NCBI GenBank assembly: GCA_050273025.1
Contig: CP158635.1
Location: 18,166,001-18,230,000, forward strand
Direction: 5' to 3'
DNA: 64,000 bases
Source of the DNA: Cenococcum geophilum
Lineage: Eukaryota
How positions within the stretch are numbered: the stretch's first letter is position 1; each line of letters begins with the position of its first letter. The notes under the pieces are model-generated. The model was not told the DNA's origin and did not search any database. It saw only the letters and a program-made list of their open reading frames with translations. The translations under genes and the position numbers were made by a program. Shown here piece by piece: positions 1 through 13,287 of the stretch.

Positions 1-438
1 TAAGCTAGAGTTTATATTCTCCGTGGATTTGAGAAATACAGACCGCTCGTTTCAGTTCCATATTGTATTGAGAACCCACTGGCTTGACAAAAGGGCGATT
101 GTGTAGGTATAGCTCCACCTCGAAATGAGGCTATGGCAAATATAAAATACCAAGTTGCTCGAGTTAAGTCACCGTAGATGAGTAGCATAATGAGCCTGAA
201 CATGCCTTATGTTAGCGTCATGACAAGGAGGTCTCGATCGGCCGATCATTACCTATGTCGAAACCTCTTCCTCATTCGGCAGAGCCAGTAGAACGTAGTT
301 GTAGCGGCTAGTACGCGCACGTAACCGCGATAGTCTGTATAACTAGTTTGCGATGGTCGCTAACGAGGCGAGATGGATCGAAGGCGCGAGACAAGAGTTT
401 AGGCTTTGAAGGAATAGCAGCATGCTGTAGTGGGGCAT
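1..438 (-). CDS. Git3/Gpr1-family G-protein-coupled receptor, 5' part; runs off the window start and carries a frameshift near 315, so possibly a pseudogene
   Basis: Spliced reading VLAATTTFYWLCRMRKRFRH|RLIMLLIYGDLTRATWYFIF...SPFCQASGFSIQYGTETS is typical of TM1-TM3 of fungal Git3-type GPCRs. Intron 196-252 has GT, a GCTAAC branch site and CAG. The upstream segment (AFDPSRLVSDHRKLVIQTIAVTCA) is in a different frame, so the start is uncertain. Confidence 0.6.
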
Positions 439-1333
439 CGACTAAGGGCTGTGGGTGTGGGACACTAAGAATGGACGTAAAGAAATAGAAATTAGGAGGG
501 AATTGGCGCCATTTAGTATCTCGTTTGATATAAGCGGACACAGAGAACCACCTTCTCACAGCTGGCATACTGAGGCTTCCTTTTCTGCCTTGAGCAGTAG
601 TGACGCTTTAGCACTCAAAACACAACTCTCACGAGAAATTATTCAACGGGAAAGAATATTGGGGAGGACAGGTAGCTTTCTAGAGTATCCATCTTGAACT
701 GCGGGATAAGCGGCAAGCTGATGACGATAGATAGTGATTCGGACGCAAACCGGAGCGGTAAGTGCTATTTAGACGCATACCTACAAGCTCAGGAGCTCTT
801 TGCGGTTTTATAATGGATGAACGCGGAAAAGTCGTAGAAGACAAAGAAAATTATCCGAATTCAGCCCATCGAACTTATCGAGATGTGTTCCTGAACGTAG
901 TACTCGCGTATACGGATACTGCACCCCAAGGATTAGCAAAGCGTATTAGCCCGTATGCAGCAAGATCGCTTGAAGAATTGTTTGTTATGCGGTGGCAAGA
1001 GTTGCGGCAGATCTACCCTGCACGAGGAGCCCAGCACACCAACAAAGACAATCGAGCAAAAGGCTGCTAATAGAAGACTGTGCCAGATCCCAATAAACGC
1101 GCTGTCTCACCTGCATTCAACCACCTATCAAACACCGTCTGACACCGCTTCATTATGTAGTCTGTTCATGGTAGCGTTTAGTTCTTTTCTCATTTGCTGC
1201 GGGGAAACTTGGAAGGTGGTAAATTTATGAGTTATGCAGAGCCCATGCCGCAAAGAATTCAGATCTTAGTCTAATGATGTTTCATGAAAGAAATGACCCC
1301 TTGAAGTGTCGAGAACGCTAGTCTATGCATCGC

Positions 1334-2213
1334 CTAACTTGGAGACAGCACAATCAAACTGAATCGGAGATCACCTCCTCCTGACTCTTGTTCCCGCTTG
1401 AGAAAATTACGAACCCCCAGATTCAGCGCCTTCTCACTAAGCACATCTTCATCGTCAGTGAGCACGCCCCGGTCAAGAGGACCTTTACGGCGACCATCCA
1501 TTTCCCAGAGATGGTTCTTTTCCGATTTAACGAAGCAAACGTAGTGCAGGTCGACCTTTTCATCCGCAGATGGAGCTACAGTATCTCCACCAGCGGCGGC
1601 AGATTGGTGTGCATTTTCTAAGGCTTTTGAATCGTATAGGAGATTTGCGCGCTCGGCAGGCTTCAGTGGGATTGCATTCTCTAATAGCTGCGAAAGATTT
1701 GACTCAGGCTCTGCAAGTAATTAGTGTCTAGATTTTCACGCAAGTGTGGCTCATAAGCTCGACGCTTTTCACGAACCGATGTACGATCGAGCTTTGCCAT
1801 TGGAAACTCCGTGAAGCAGCCCAATCAAACCACATGCATTTCCAATCGTCTGCTTGTACCATATAACTTCTTCTTCCGGACCCGACCCGTCATATTCTTT
1901 TTTATCACTGTCTTCCTGCACCCGGAATTTTTCGTACGTGTCGCTAACTGGGAAGATCAAGAGGAGTGCGTATGCCGGCCGAGGAACAAAGGCGAGGAGT
2001 TCAGGATCGTCGATGCTAAAGACATCGTGAAATGCGAGATTCTCTTGTAGGCCAAGATTGTGTACCAAGGAGGACATAACCTCCGGGTTATTCTCTGCAT
2101 TAAAAATCATCTCTTATTGGCGAATATTATACCGCTGTGGAGGGTGGCGTCTTACCAAGTGGTATGAACCTCTTCGCGTGCTGAGATGAGCTTGATCCGC
2201 CGGTCGAGGCCAT
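1334..2213 (-). CDS. YUH1: Ubiquitin C-terminal hydrolase (UCH-L3/Yuh1, peptidase C12)
   Basis: Spliced start MASTGG...RFIPL|ENNPEVM; catalytic QTIGNACG motif; downstream DLHYVCFV and WEMDGRRKGP; C-terminus GGDLRFSLIVLSPS*; two introns. Confidence 0.92.
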
Positions 2214-2623
2214 GATTATATGCTTAAGCTAAGCAGAAACAGCAGTAAAGAACGAGTATGAAGAAGGTAGCGGTGGTGGTTGGTATATATAACAGCTTAA
2301 GCTCTGAGCTGCGGTGGGCGCCTGGCACGAGGGGTAGGCAGCCACATGCAGGCGGAAAGGTGTGACGTCGAAGCGTGGATCAATATTCATTTTTTCTGAG
2401 TCTAATTGCCAATCTCAAGGTAATTATTTAGCCCTTTCCAAGTACCCCTCCAATGAGAACGGACCGTGGCTACAGTTAACACAAACCAGATTCCCTCACA
2501 ATCAACTCCATACGACGTTTTGAAAGAAATGCGTAGGGTATCCGAATCACCCCATGTGGTCATACAATATATTTAGCAAACAAACGCCCAATGATATCAC
2601 CTCCAAGAACCATGTCCTCCAAG

Positions 2624-4540
2624 CTACTGAACCATCCCGTTGGCTGGCTCGACAAGCTCACCATGCATGCGAATGCGATACATACAAGTCCAAGGACGAC
2701 CCCAATTCTCGGTAACTCGAACAACCGTCTTCGTTACCGCGACTCCAGACTCTGCTAAATCAAGCTCTAGGTTGAAAGTCTGGACGTGGTTGGCAGCGTG
2801 AATGTCGTATCTGAATCGTCCTATACAGACAAAGTTCGTACTGACTCGTGGTTCGCTACACCCTTCTGTGTTCACCTCATTCCAGGCATTTATCACCTCC
2901 AATCTCTTGTTAACGTCTTTGATCTCGACCCATAATTCCATCCATTTTGGTGCACTGCGTGGGTCAAGTGTTCCCTCCTTCGGGACGTGCTCGACTGTAA
3001 CTTTAGTTGGGAAAATCTTCTGCGCCATTGTGACGGCGAGTTGGGCTTTGCCTCCTTCTGCGGCTGCAGCGCACCAGCAGTCAGAAGCTTCTTCCCAGCG
3101 CTCAAGCGCCGTGACAGGAGGACGTCGGGCTGGAATCCAGAACATGGATGTGTATATCCGTGATTTCCATGGTATATCCTTGCTCTGAGTTGGCGATGTG
3201 AGATATGGGTCGACCTTTGCGCCGAGGCCGGGGGAAAAGAAATTGATAGTCCTCAAAGCCAGCTCGCTGTTAGCGACGAGGTTGGCGTACGCGAGGGATT
3301 CAATTCTCATCTGATCACGGACAGCCTTATTGCCTATCTCCTTTACACTCGCGTCGAGCTTTTTCTGGATTCTATCCGAAAGTCTCGTGTAGTTTTCGTC
3401 CATCAGTTCCATGAACCGATCCCGGGTGAGAATGTTGTGTTTTGCTAATCTAGATTCTAATGCATTTCCGAACATGCCTTCCACCTTTGCTTCATTCTTC
3501 TTCAGGAATGCCGCCCAATCTTGTTCTTTTGCAGTGGAAGGGTCGCCAAATCCCTCTCTCTGCATCTTGCTGAGTAAAGCACGCCAGAAATCATCCGTGA
3601 TCTCGGGTTTTCCAGATTGGCGATTGATCGGGACAGCCAATTTCTCGGGCAAGTACTCCTGGATATGCTTAATTGAGCGGTCGTGGATGGTAGACCGGCC
3701 CTCAAGATTATCTACCCGTTCGGAGATATCATCAGATACTTCATAGCCTTTGCGATGAGCCCCTGAGGCAAGTCCATGCTTGAGAGAATACCAGGTGTGG
3801 ACGGCACGGAGCTTAATTGCGTCAATCATGCCAACGTCCACCATATCGTCGGAGGGATTCGGTGCGGAATGACCATATGTAGTAGCGCCAATAAAGATGT
3901 AGGCCATTGAGAGGATGGCGGAGAGGAAAATCATGATCTTCAGAATGTCCGACCAGTTGCGGTGGAGGAATCGACCAGCGACTCTAACCTGCGAAGGCTG
4001 TGGAATTTCGTTGGAATCAATAGCATGGTCATGAGTCGCCGGAGTATGTGGGCTGATATGGCCATTAAGGATGGAGCTCGTGTTCATGCCGCCTTCATGG
4101 TTGGTTCCAAAGCTTTTGGAAACGTCGAGAACAGAAGTGCGTTCACCAATAACGGATGAAGCCTCTTCAGCAATTGGGGTAGGCTCATAATGATGACTGG
4201 GGCCCGCTTCATCGTAACCGTAAGCTGAGCTTACTGAAGCGAAGCGACGGCTGCCCCCAGCTTGGCTGATGTCGTCGCGTTGGACTGCGTTGTCACGTTG
4301 GCTGTCAAAGGCTTGTGAAAAGCCGCTTGTGGGAACTTGAAGATCGACAGCAGGATTGAATTGGCCGGAAGCTCCGTATGCGTGTGACTGGTTGACCTTG
4401 AGTTTTGGGAGTGGTCCCTTGCGCCTAGCAACTGTTCTCGATGGGGTCGCGGTTGACGCTGCGATAGAGCCAGCCACTGAACCAGCAACGGATCCAGTCG
4501 CTGATACAAGACGGGTGGAGCGTCGAGGCGTTTGAGACAT
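2624..4540 (-). CDS. SUN-domain (Sad1/UNC-84) nuclear envelope / spindle-pole-body protein
   Basis: Single-exon ORF with a low-complexity N-terminus, one TM helix (ILKIMIFLSAILSMAYIFIG), a coiled coil and a C-terminal SUN domain (INFFSPGLGAKVDP, WEEASDCWC, VTVEHVP, APKWMELW, NWG..WTCMYRIRMHG). Confidence 0.9.
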   Translation of the reverse strand: MSQTPRRSTRLVSATGSVAGSVAGSIAASTATPSRTVARRKGPLPKLKVNQSHAYGASGQFNPAVDLQVPTSGFSQAFDSQRDNAVQRDDISQAGGSRRFASVSSAYGYDEAGPSHHYEPTPIAEEASSVIGERTSVLDVSKSFGTNHEGGMNTSSILNGHISPHTPATHDHAIDSNEIPQPSQVRVAGRFLHRNWSDILKIMIFLSAILSMAYIFIGATTYGHSAPNPSDDMVDVGMIDAIKLRAVHTWYSLKHGLASGAHRKGYEVSDDISERVDNLEGRSTIHDRSIKHIQEYLPEKLAVPINRQSGKPEITDDFWRALLSKMQREGFGDPSTAKEQDWAAFLKKNEAKVEGMFGNALESRLAKHNILTRDRFMELMDENYTRLSDRIQKKLDASVKEIGNKAVRDQMRIESLAYANLVANSELALRTINFFSPGLGAKVDPYLTSPTQSKDIPWKSRIYTSMFWIPARRPPVTALERWEEASDCWCAAAAEGGKAQLAVTMAQKIFPTKVTVEHVPKEGTLDPRSAPKWMELWVEIKDVNKRLEVINAWNEVNTEGCSEPRVSTNFVCIGRFRYDIHAANHVQTFNLELDLAESGVAVTKTVVRVTENWGRPWTCMYRIRMHGELVEPANGMVQ

Positions 4541-5374
4541 GTTTAGTTCGGTAAGGAACACGTGCTGTGTAGAATTAGCACCGTATCACACCAAAGGACG
4601 CGTAAATTCGTCTTAAGTTCAAAGTAAGTACTAACTCTAAGGGAATACAGGATGTTCTGACGGCTTGCGTCAATGGGAGTGAATCGTTAAGTTGATAAAT
4701 ATCGAGGTTTGCAGGAGAAGACAAGACGAAATGAGACAGTTCGCAGAAATTGCTAGAGATGGAAAAGAAATGCAGAGGGATGAATTTATGTGTTGAAGAG
4801 CGTTTCTAAGGATATCTGCCAGCGGAAAGGCCAGATGGAGATTTACCGGAGAATATTCAGACTGACCATGGTGAATCGAAGAGATTTTGCTTACCACAAG
4901 TACAGTGACACCACCGTCCCTGTCTATAAATTTACCTGCGCTGTCTCTAATAATAATGAATAATGGTCATGGGTTTCTTGATAGCGATAGATAATCGGCA
5001 CCTGGGCAGATGTAGGGCGCGGCTTCACGTGCGGAAAGAACAAGGGGCCAGGGGCAGTAACGATGGCGCTTGACATATGCGAATGCGTCGGGGTTGTCGT
5101 TCTGCAAAAGAATGTGGCATCGTCTCGTCACGCTAGATGCGGGAAGTAGGTGATAGTGACGAAGTCGCGTTGCATTCCTCCAGGCTAGCTGTTGATGTTT
5201 TCGGAAAGTTGTGCACGGGCCATGTTTCCTCAGACTGCCCAGTGCGAGCGCCTCAAGCGGCGCATGCGAGGCAGGGAAGATGGGACGACCCGCAGCAACA
5301 TCTTCCCCCCGCCACAGACTTTCTTCTTTTCTACTCGCTACACGTGTCAAAGAGAACTTCAAATTCTAGCTAAG

Positions 5375-6837
<1,463 letters not shown>

Positions 6838-7350
6838 GAGAATTGATCGCATCATTTTTGCATGCAAAAATTTTATTCGAAGTAGTCATGGTAGCATAGA
6901 GGGGCACATTTTGGAGGTGCTTGCGCTGCATTACTCTTTAGTTAAAGCACTGCGTTAAATGGAAATGGATTATCTGACCAATCAGGTATGAATTTCGATT
7001 AACCAAAGCACCTGGTCTCAGTTTATAGATTTATTTTTGCTAGCTTTTGTACTATTAGAGGTGGGTTGAGGTTGGATGAAATTCGCCTGATTGGTAACAC
7101 TAGACTTCGAACGATTTTCGAGCATTTTGTGACTCAATGAAATGCCATGCCACATAAGAACATCAACTCTCTTTACACCGCAGTTCTTCGACCACAAAAG
7201 TTTTCCTGGTTGAAACATTGTTGGCAGTCACCCACAACCTACTGCCGTCTTTTATCTCTCACTAGGGGCTACCATAGAGGAGCCAAAGCTGCGGACTATT
7301 CTCAAATAAACAGCTTCAAATTCTGCCCCACTACGATACAAACGCGCAAC

Positions 7351-8718
7351 ATGGCGACCTCTGCTCTGGATGGGCAACTCGCCTCCCTCCTTAAATCCTC
7401 CTTCCCTTCCACGGACATATCTACTGAAACCGACGCCGTTAAAGCCTCCTCATCCATCTTTCCTACCGCGCATTACTCCGACGTTGAAAAGGCCGAGATC
7501 AACCAATGGCTTATCACGGCCTCACACATTGCCTCTCCTGCCGAAGACCGAGCAAAGATAGACGAACGTCTCGCCTCCCTTAACACACATCTATCTAGTC
7601 GCACTACCCTCCTAGGCAGCAAGCCCTCCGTCGCAGACATTGCGCTGTACCAAAACTTAGCACCGGTGGTCTCGAAATGGACACCTGAGGAGAGGACAGG
7701 CGAGCGGGGCTATCACCACATTGTTAGGCACTTGGACTTTGTGCAGTACTCGCCGACGTTTGGCCTGAAGTTGGATGAGAAGGTTAAGATTGACCCGGAT
7801 GAGGTCATTTTCAAGATCAAGCCAATTGATGCCAAAGCTGAAAAGGAGCGAAAGAAGAAGGAGAAGGAGGCAGCGGCTGCAGGTGCAGTAGCTGCAGGAG
7901 GCGTTACATTAACAACCATGACGGGAGAGCCGGCGGGTGAGGCTCAGGGTGGACGGAAGAGCAAGGAGAAAGCTAAGGATAAAGTCCAGCAAGTCGGCGA
8001 CGCTGTGGCGTCTGTAGTGGGCAAAGAGACACCTGGTGTCGCAGGGCGGAACCAGGGCAAGAAAGAGAAGAAGGAGAAGCAGCCCAAACCCCAGAAAGCA
8101 CCGCCGGTCGAGAAACCTTTATCACCATGTCTCATTGATCTCCGAGTCGGCCACATTCTTAAGGCCACAACACATCCCAACGCTGACAGTCTCTATGTTA
8201 GCACCATCGCATGTGGTGATCCTCCTGGGACTGAGAATACGTCCGAGCACGAGGGCCAAATCGTCCGTACTGTCTGCTCAGGGCTGAACGGACTCATTCC
8301 GTTGGAGGAGATGCAGAACCGTAAAATTGTGGTTGTCTGTAACCTCAAGCCGGTGACAATGCGTGGCATTAAGTCCGCTGCCATGGTATTAGCTGCATCG
8401 CCTCGAGTAGCCGAAGGCGAGGACAGCCACAAAGGTCCTGTGGAGTTGGTCAACCCACCTGCTGATTCAAAGGCAGGCGATAGGGTGTTCTTCGAGGGCT
8501 GGGAGGGAGAGCCAGATGGCGTTCTCAATCCCAAGAAGAAAATCTGGGAGACTATCCAGCCTGGTTTTACGACAACGGAAGACTTGGAGGTGGGCTTTGA
8601 GGTCAGTGCAGTGCCACAGCTGGCTAATGAGGGCGGGTCGAAGGAAGAATTGGGCAAGCTGAAGACATCAGCTGGCGTGTGTACTGTTAAGACGCTCAAG
8701 GGCGCTACTGTTCGATAA
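7351..8718 (+). CDS. ARC1: Aminoacyl-tRNA synthetase cofactor Arc1 (GST-like N-domain plus EMAP-II-like tRNA-binding OB fold)
   Basis: LASLNTHLSSRTTLLGSKPSVADIA (GST_C-like), a Lys-rich linker, then IDLRVGHI...HPNADSLY...RTVCSGL...VCNLKPVTMRGIKSAAMVL. An upstream in-frame ATG exists at 7147. Confidence 0.93.
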   Translation: MATSALDGQLASLLKSSFPSTDISTETDAVKASSSIFPTAHYSDVEKAEINQWLITASHIASPAEDRAKIDERLASLNTHLSSRTTLLGSKPSVADIALYQNLAPVVSKWTPEERTGERGYHHIVRHLDFVQYSPTFGLKLDEKVKIDPDEVIFKIKPIDAKAEKERKKKEKEAAAAGAVAAGGVTLTTMTGEPAGEAQGGRKSKEKAKDKVQQVGDAVASVVGKETPGVAGRNQGKKEKKEKQPKPQKAPPVEKPLSPCLIDLRVGHILKATTHPNADSLYVSTIACGDPPGTENTSEHEGQIVRTVCSGLNGLIPLEEMQNRKIVVVCNLKPVTMRGIKSAAMVLAASPRVAEGEDSHKGPVELVNPPADSKAGDRVFFEGWEGEPDGVLNPKKKIWETIQPGFTTTEDLEVGFEVSAVPQLANEGGSKEELGKLKTSAGVCTVKTLKGATVR

Positions 8719-8949
8719 ACATGGGAAGCATGTCTGTCATAATCGGATGTTTGGATGACTTAGGACTGCAATACCCAAAATGTTTCGTAGTAAACTACGT
8801 AGAGCGCGGAAAAGTATACGGAATGCAAATAGAAACTTCGCAGACCGCGAGAAGGTTTTTAACAGTTTAAGTGCGTTCTTAAATCCGTTCAAACTTGGCT
8901 CATTAATTCATCATTTCTGAAGTGGAATTTGATTGTATAATGAACAAAA

Positions 8950-10351
8950 CTATTTTAGCTTCCAGTCTTTGTATGACCATTTCTCAGTATATGTAGTTTT
9001 CGCCTTCTTGTGATACGGGATCGCTTTTCTGGTCTCTATCTTGCCTCTAACCATCATACTGCGGAATCGGTCTTTAAGAAGATTACCCTCTGGCTTGAGG
9101 AGCCGCAGGGAATCTTGCAGCTCATCACTCAGTACCACTTCAAGCGGTGGTTCGGGAATACTAGTCAAGGTGTCAGCGAAGTCAATAGACTTCTGCGGGA
9201 CTTTTATACGTACGCTGATCTGCCCAGTCTCCTGCGCCTCAGCACCTCCTCTCCTTCATCTGATGAGTTGGCGTTCTCGACAATCACCAAAGCCTGAGCT
9301 CTGGCCTTCTCTTTCTCATCCACAACCTTGGCGAGTGCCTTGATCTGCGTCGCTTGCCGTTCCCTTTCCTTCATCTTAGCCTCGTGCAAAGCCTGTCTTT
9401 CAGCTTCTTTTCTCCTCTTAATTTTGTTTCGTTGTGCTGGAGTCTTCCTCTCCGGACGCTTCTTCTTTAGAGATTGTTCCTCAACTTCGCTCTGGATACC
9501 CTCCCACTCACTCTCCCAAGCACTCTCGCCGTCATCAGACTCTGGATCCGGTTCAGCAGCCGCTGCCATCACCCTCATCAATCTTTCCTGCTCTTCTTGG
9601 GCCTCTTTCAAACGTTTCTTCTCAGCCTCGACCTCCTTCTCTCCTTCACGGGCGAGCAGTCGGACCCAGTCTTCAGCTGTGGGGTTATAGCTTTTGCCAG
9701 CTTCTGGCTTCTTGACAGCCGAGAGCGCCTTGCCGCTCGCCGCGAGAGAAATTGGAGCACGCTTCAATGTCTTTGGTTCCCGGATTGGCTTCTTTTCTTC
9801 TAAGAAAGAGAACTTCGGGTCCTCTTCCTTTTTCTCCATTGCCCAAGGGTCATGGCTTGGTGCATCATCCACTTTCACCACGTCTTTCTGTACGCTGTCT
9901 CCACCATAGGCAATTGCTCGAAGTCGGTCCAGCTCTTTGTTTGAAACGCGCATTTTTTTGCTAGCGGGCTGTACAATTCCATCGGTAATCCGCGATGATG
10001 GCCTCTTGCGGGAATCAACTGCGGGGACAGCGGAGCGCTGCGCGAGAATTTCGTCTGCTTTGAGTGGCTTCCGGCCTTCAGTAACTGATTTCTGAATTTC
10101 TGTAGAGCCAGTCGTATCGAGGGTAAAGAGTTCAGAAGACGGCTTCTCAGCAATAACACCTCTAGATAATGTTTTAGCATTGCATATCTTAGACAAGCAG
10201 AGATTGAGAGAGCATACCCTTTGATCACCTCGTCCCGCACAATTTCAAGACCTTCCTGAATTTCGGTAACATCAACATTCTTCCTCCATGCCTTCTTGCC
10301 CTTCCTGGAGGGCTGCTTATGCTGTGCCGGTGCATCAACGGAGATAGACAT
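8950..10351 (-). CDS. NOP53: 60S ribosome biogenesis protein Nop53
   Basis: QPSRKGKKAWRKNVD, LFTLDTTG, KPLKADEILAQRSAVPAVDSRKR, GKSYNP, and C-terminal LEVVLSDELQDSLRLLKPEGNLLKDRFRSM...EKWSYKDW; two introns. Confidence 0.95.
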
Positions 10352-10661
10352 GTTGAGATTCCTGGTTAACCTCAGGAAATAGTCGTATTCATAAAATTCG
10401 AATGAGGATTTGGCGATGCTGGGAATTTTCGTGGTTGTCACTTTGTGCCGCCTCTGACCGCCGCGGCCCAAGCCCAAATCGTGCTTGGCGTTTTGATCTG
10501 GAGGCGGCTGGTTGGAAGGGTTCCAGAAACTCCATAAAGTTCACCGAGGCTCCCTCCTATTTAACTACTCCCTTCAACACACGATATATTTTGTGCCGCC
10601 TATTTCTCCAGACTTGCTTTTCGCTCTTCTGTCCTAGTCGAAGGGTTGACTTTGCTTCACA

Positions 10662-11651
<990 letters not shown>

Positions 11652-12357
11652 GATCCCCTCCCTGTCCACTCAACTTTCGCTACACCATTACCCTTTCTCT
11701 TATCTGCTACTAGAGTCGCAAACGTAATTATTTCAGATTTCCTTTTCTGCCTCTCATATTTCTTGGGGCAACACTTGCAAGCAAGGCGTCTTGGGAAACG
11801 GTGGCCGGGGGTGTCTCCACGAAGCGAGCATGGCAAGAGAGTAGGGAATCCCTAGTGCATTTCTTGTAGTATATGCTTGTGCTTCCTCGCTTCATGTAAA
11901 ACTCGTATACTTAATCAGAATGAAGTGTACATGGTCATTCTTCACGCTAACTGAACGGCTTCCCACTTGACTTTCTAATGGAACTGCAGTTGGAATGAGC
12001 AGGATGGCAATGGCATACATCTGGCATTGAGAGCTACTTTGGAGAACAAATGCGCCAAACCCGGATCAGGAAGATGCGAATCACTAATCCTGCATAATCT
12101 ATACTTCCCTGTAGTAGTCATCCCATAATTGACGCTGCCATTAATCGCATTGCCATTCATAAAAACGTCGTTTTTCTATGCCAGCAAAGTATCCCCCATA
12201 TCATCCCGAGCCCCAAACTCCAACAAGGCGAGCAATACATATGTACAAAAAGTATACAGGCATGAGGTGGGATTGTGGCCTAATGCGGAAAGGATCGTCC
12301 GCAGATATTGGGGCAAGCAATTGTGCCCCGTTCTATAAGTCGAGATGGGAGAGGTAT

Positions 12358-13000
12358 CTACTCATCGACAGCCGCGGAGCCGGATTCGGATGGTGTTTTG
12401 CCAACGGGGATGCTGGAGTCTACAGCGATCATTTCGGCGAGGACGTCGAGGACCGGCTAGGTGATGTTAGGATATGGTCAATAAGACGCGTTTAGTGAGG
12501 AAATACCTTAGGAACTGTCTTGTCATAAATGTTAATCAGCTCTCTGGGTTGAGGATAAACTTTCAGTGCGCGATAGAAGCACAAGGCTGCCTCTATTGTG
12601 TCCGCGCCTGTGCCGCCGTAGTGTTAGCACCCCTCTTCATACATTGAACCGGCAATACGGTGTTCAAGAATTGGCATGACATACCCTCCTGGCAAAGGCC
12701 CTCTCCGCGCGCAACTTCCTGCATGAAGTACGCCTCGACTTCCTCTGGGTCCCTCGGGAAGCCATCCTCATTGGCCTTATCCACGGCTTCTCTGATAGCC
12801 TTCTTTTGCTGCGCTCCCTGCGCCTCGGCCTCCTCTTTTGCGGCACGCGCTTGCTTTTTTGATTCCCGTTTTAGCATCTTCCTGAACTCAGGATCCGACC
12901 GCCGCCTATAATCGAAATACACGGCGTATGCGAGGACGCCCGTAAGAACTACGCCGGCGCCCATCATGGCGACTGTTGATGGTTTCAGGGAAGAAGACAT
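12358..13000 (-). CDS. TOM20: Mitochondrial import receptor Tom20
   Basis: N-terminal TM followed by [30 protein letters not shown], and spliced [39 protein letters not shown]; ends AVDE*. Confidence 0.95.
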
Positions 13001-13287
13001 GGGGAATGTGTAGCAGGGGAGGGGTAATTAAGAGGTGGGGTCGAAGCAATTGATTTTATTAAAGGAGCTGTTTGAATAGTAGAAGGCAGACTGTAATGGA
13101 GAGTCGATGATTCCTGAGCCCGGGTTGGTTCCTCGATGATTTTTTGGTAGGAGGCGGCTCGAGCGTCGATCTTGCTTACATACTGCTCGCATCGTCGGTA
13201 GCACCAAGGTCACGATTCACCAATTGCACAATTACAACTACCGTATACCTTTCACACCTATACGAAGAAGAATACCTTGCTAGCAAG

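Noticed and set aside
455..1230. Short + strand ORFs (455-697, 762-1070, 955-1230)
   Set aside because: No recognisable motif, non-ATG or weak starts, and no convincing splice model.
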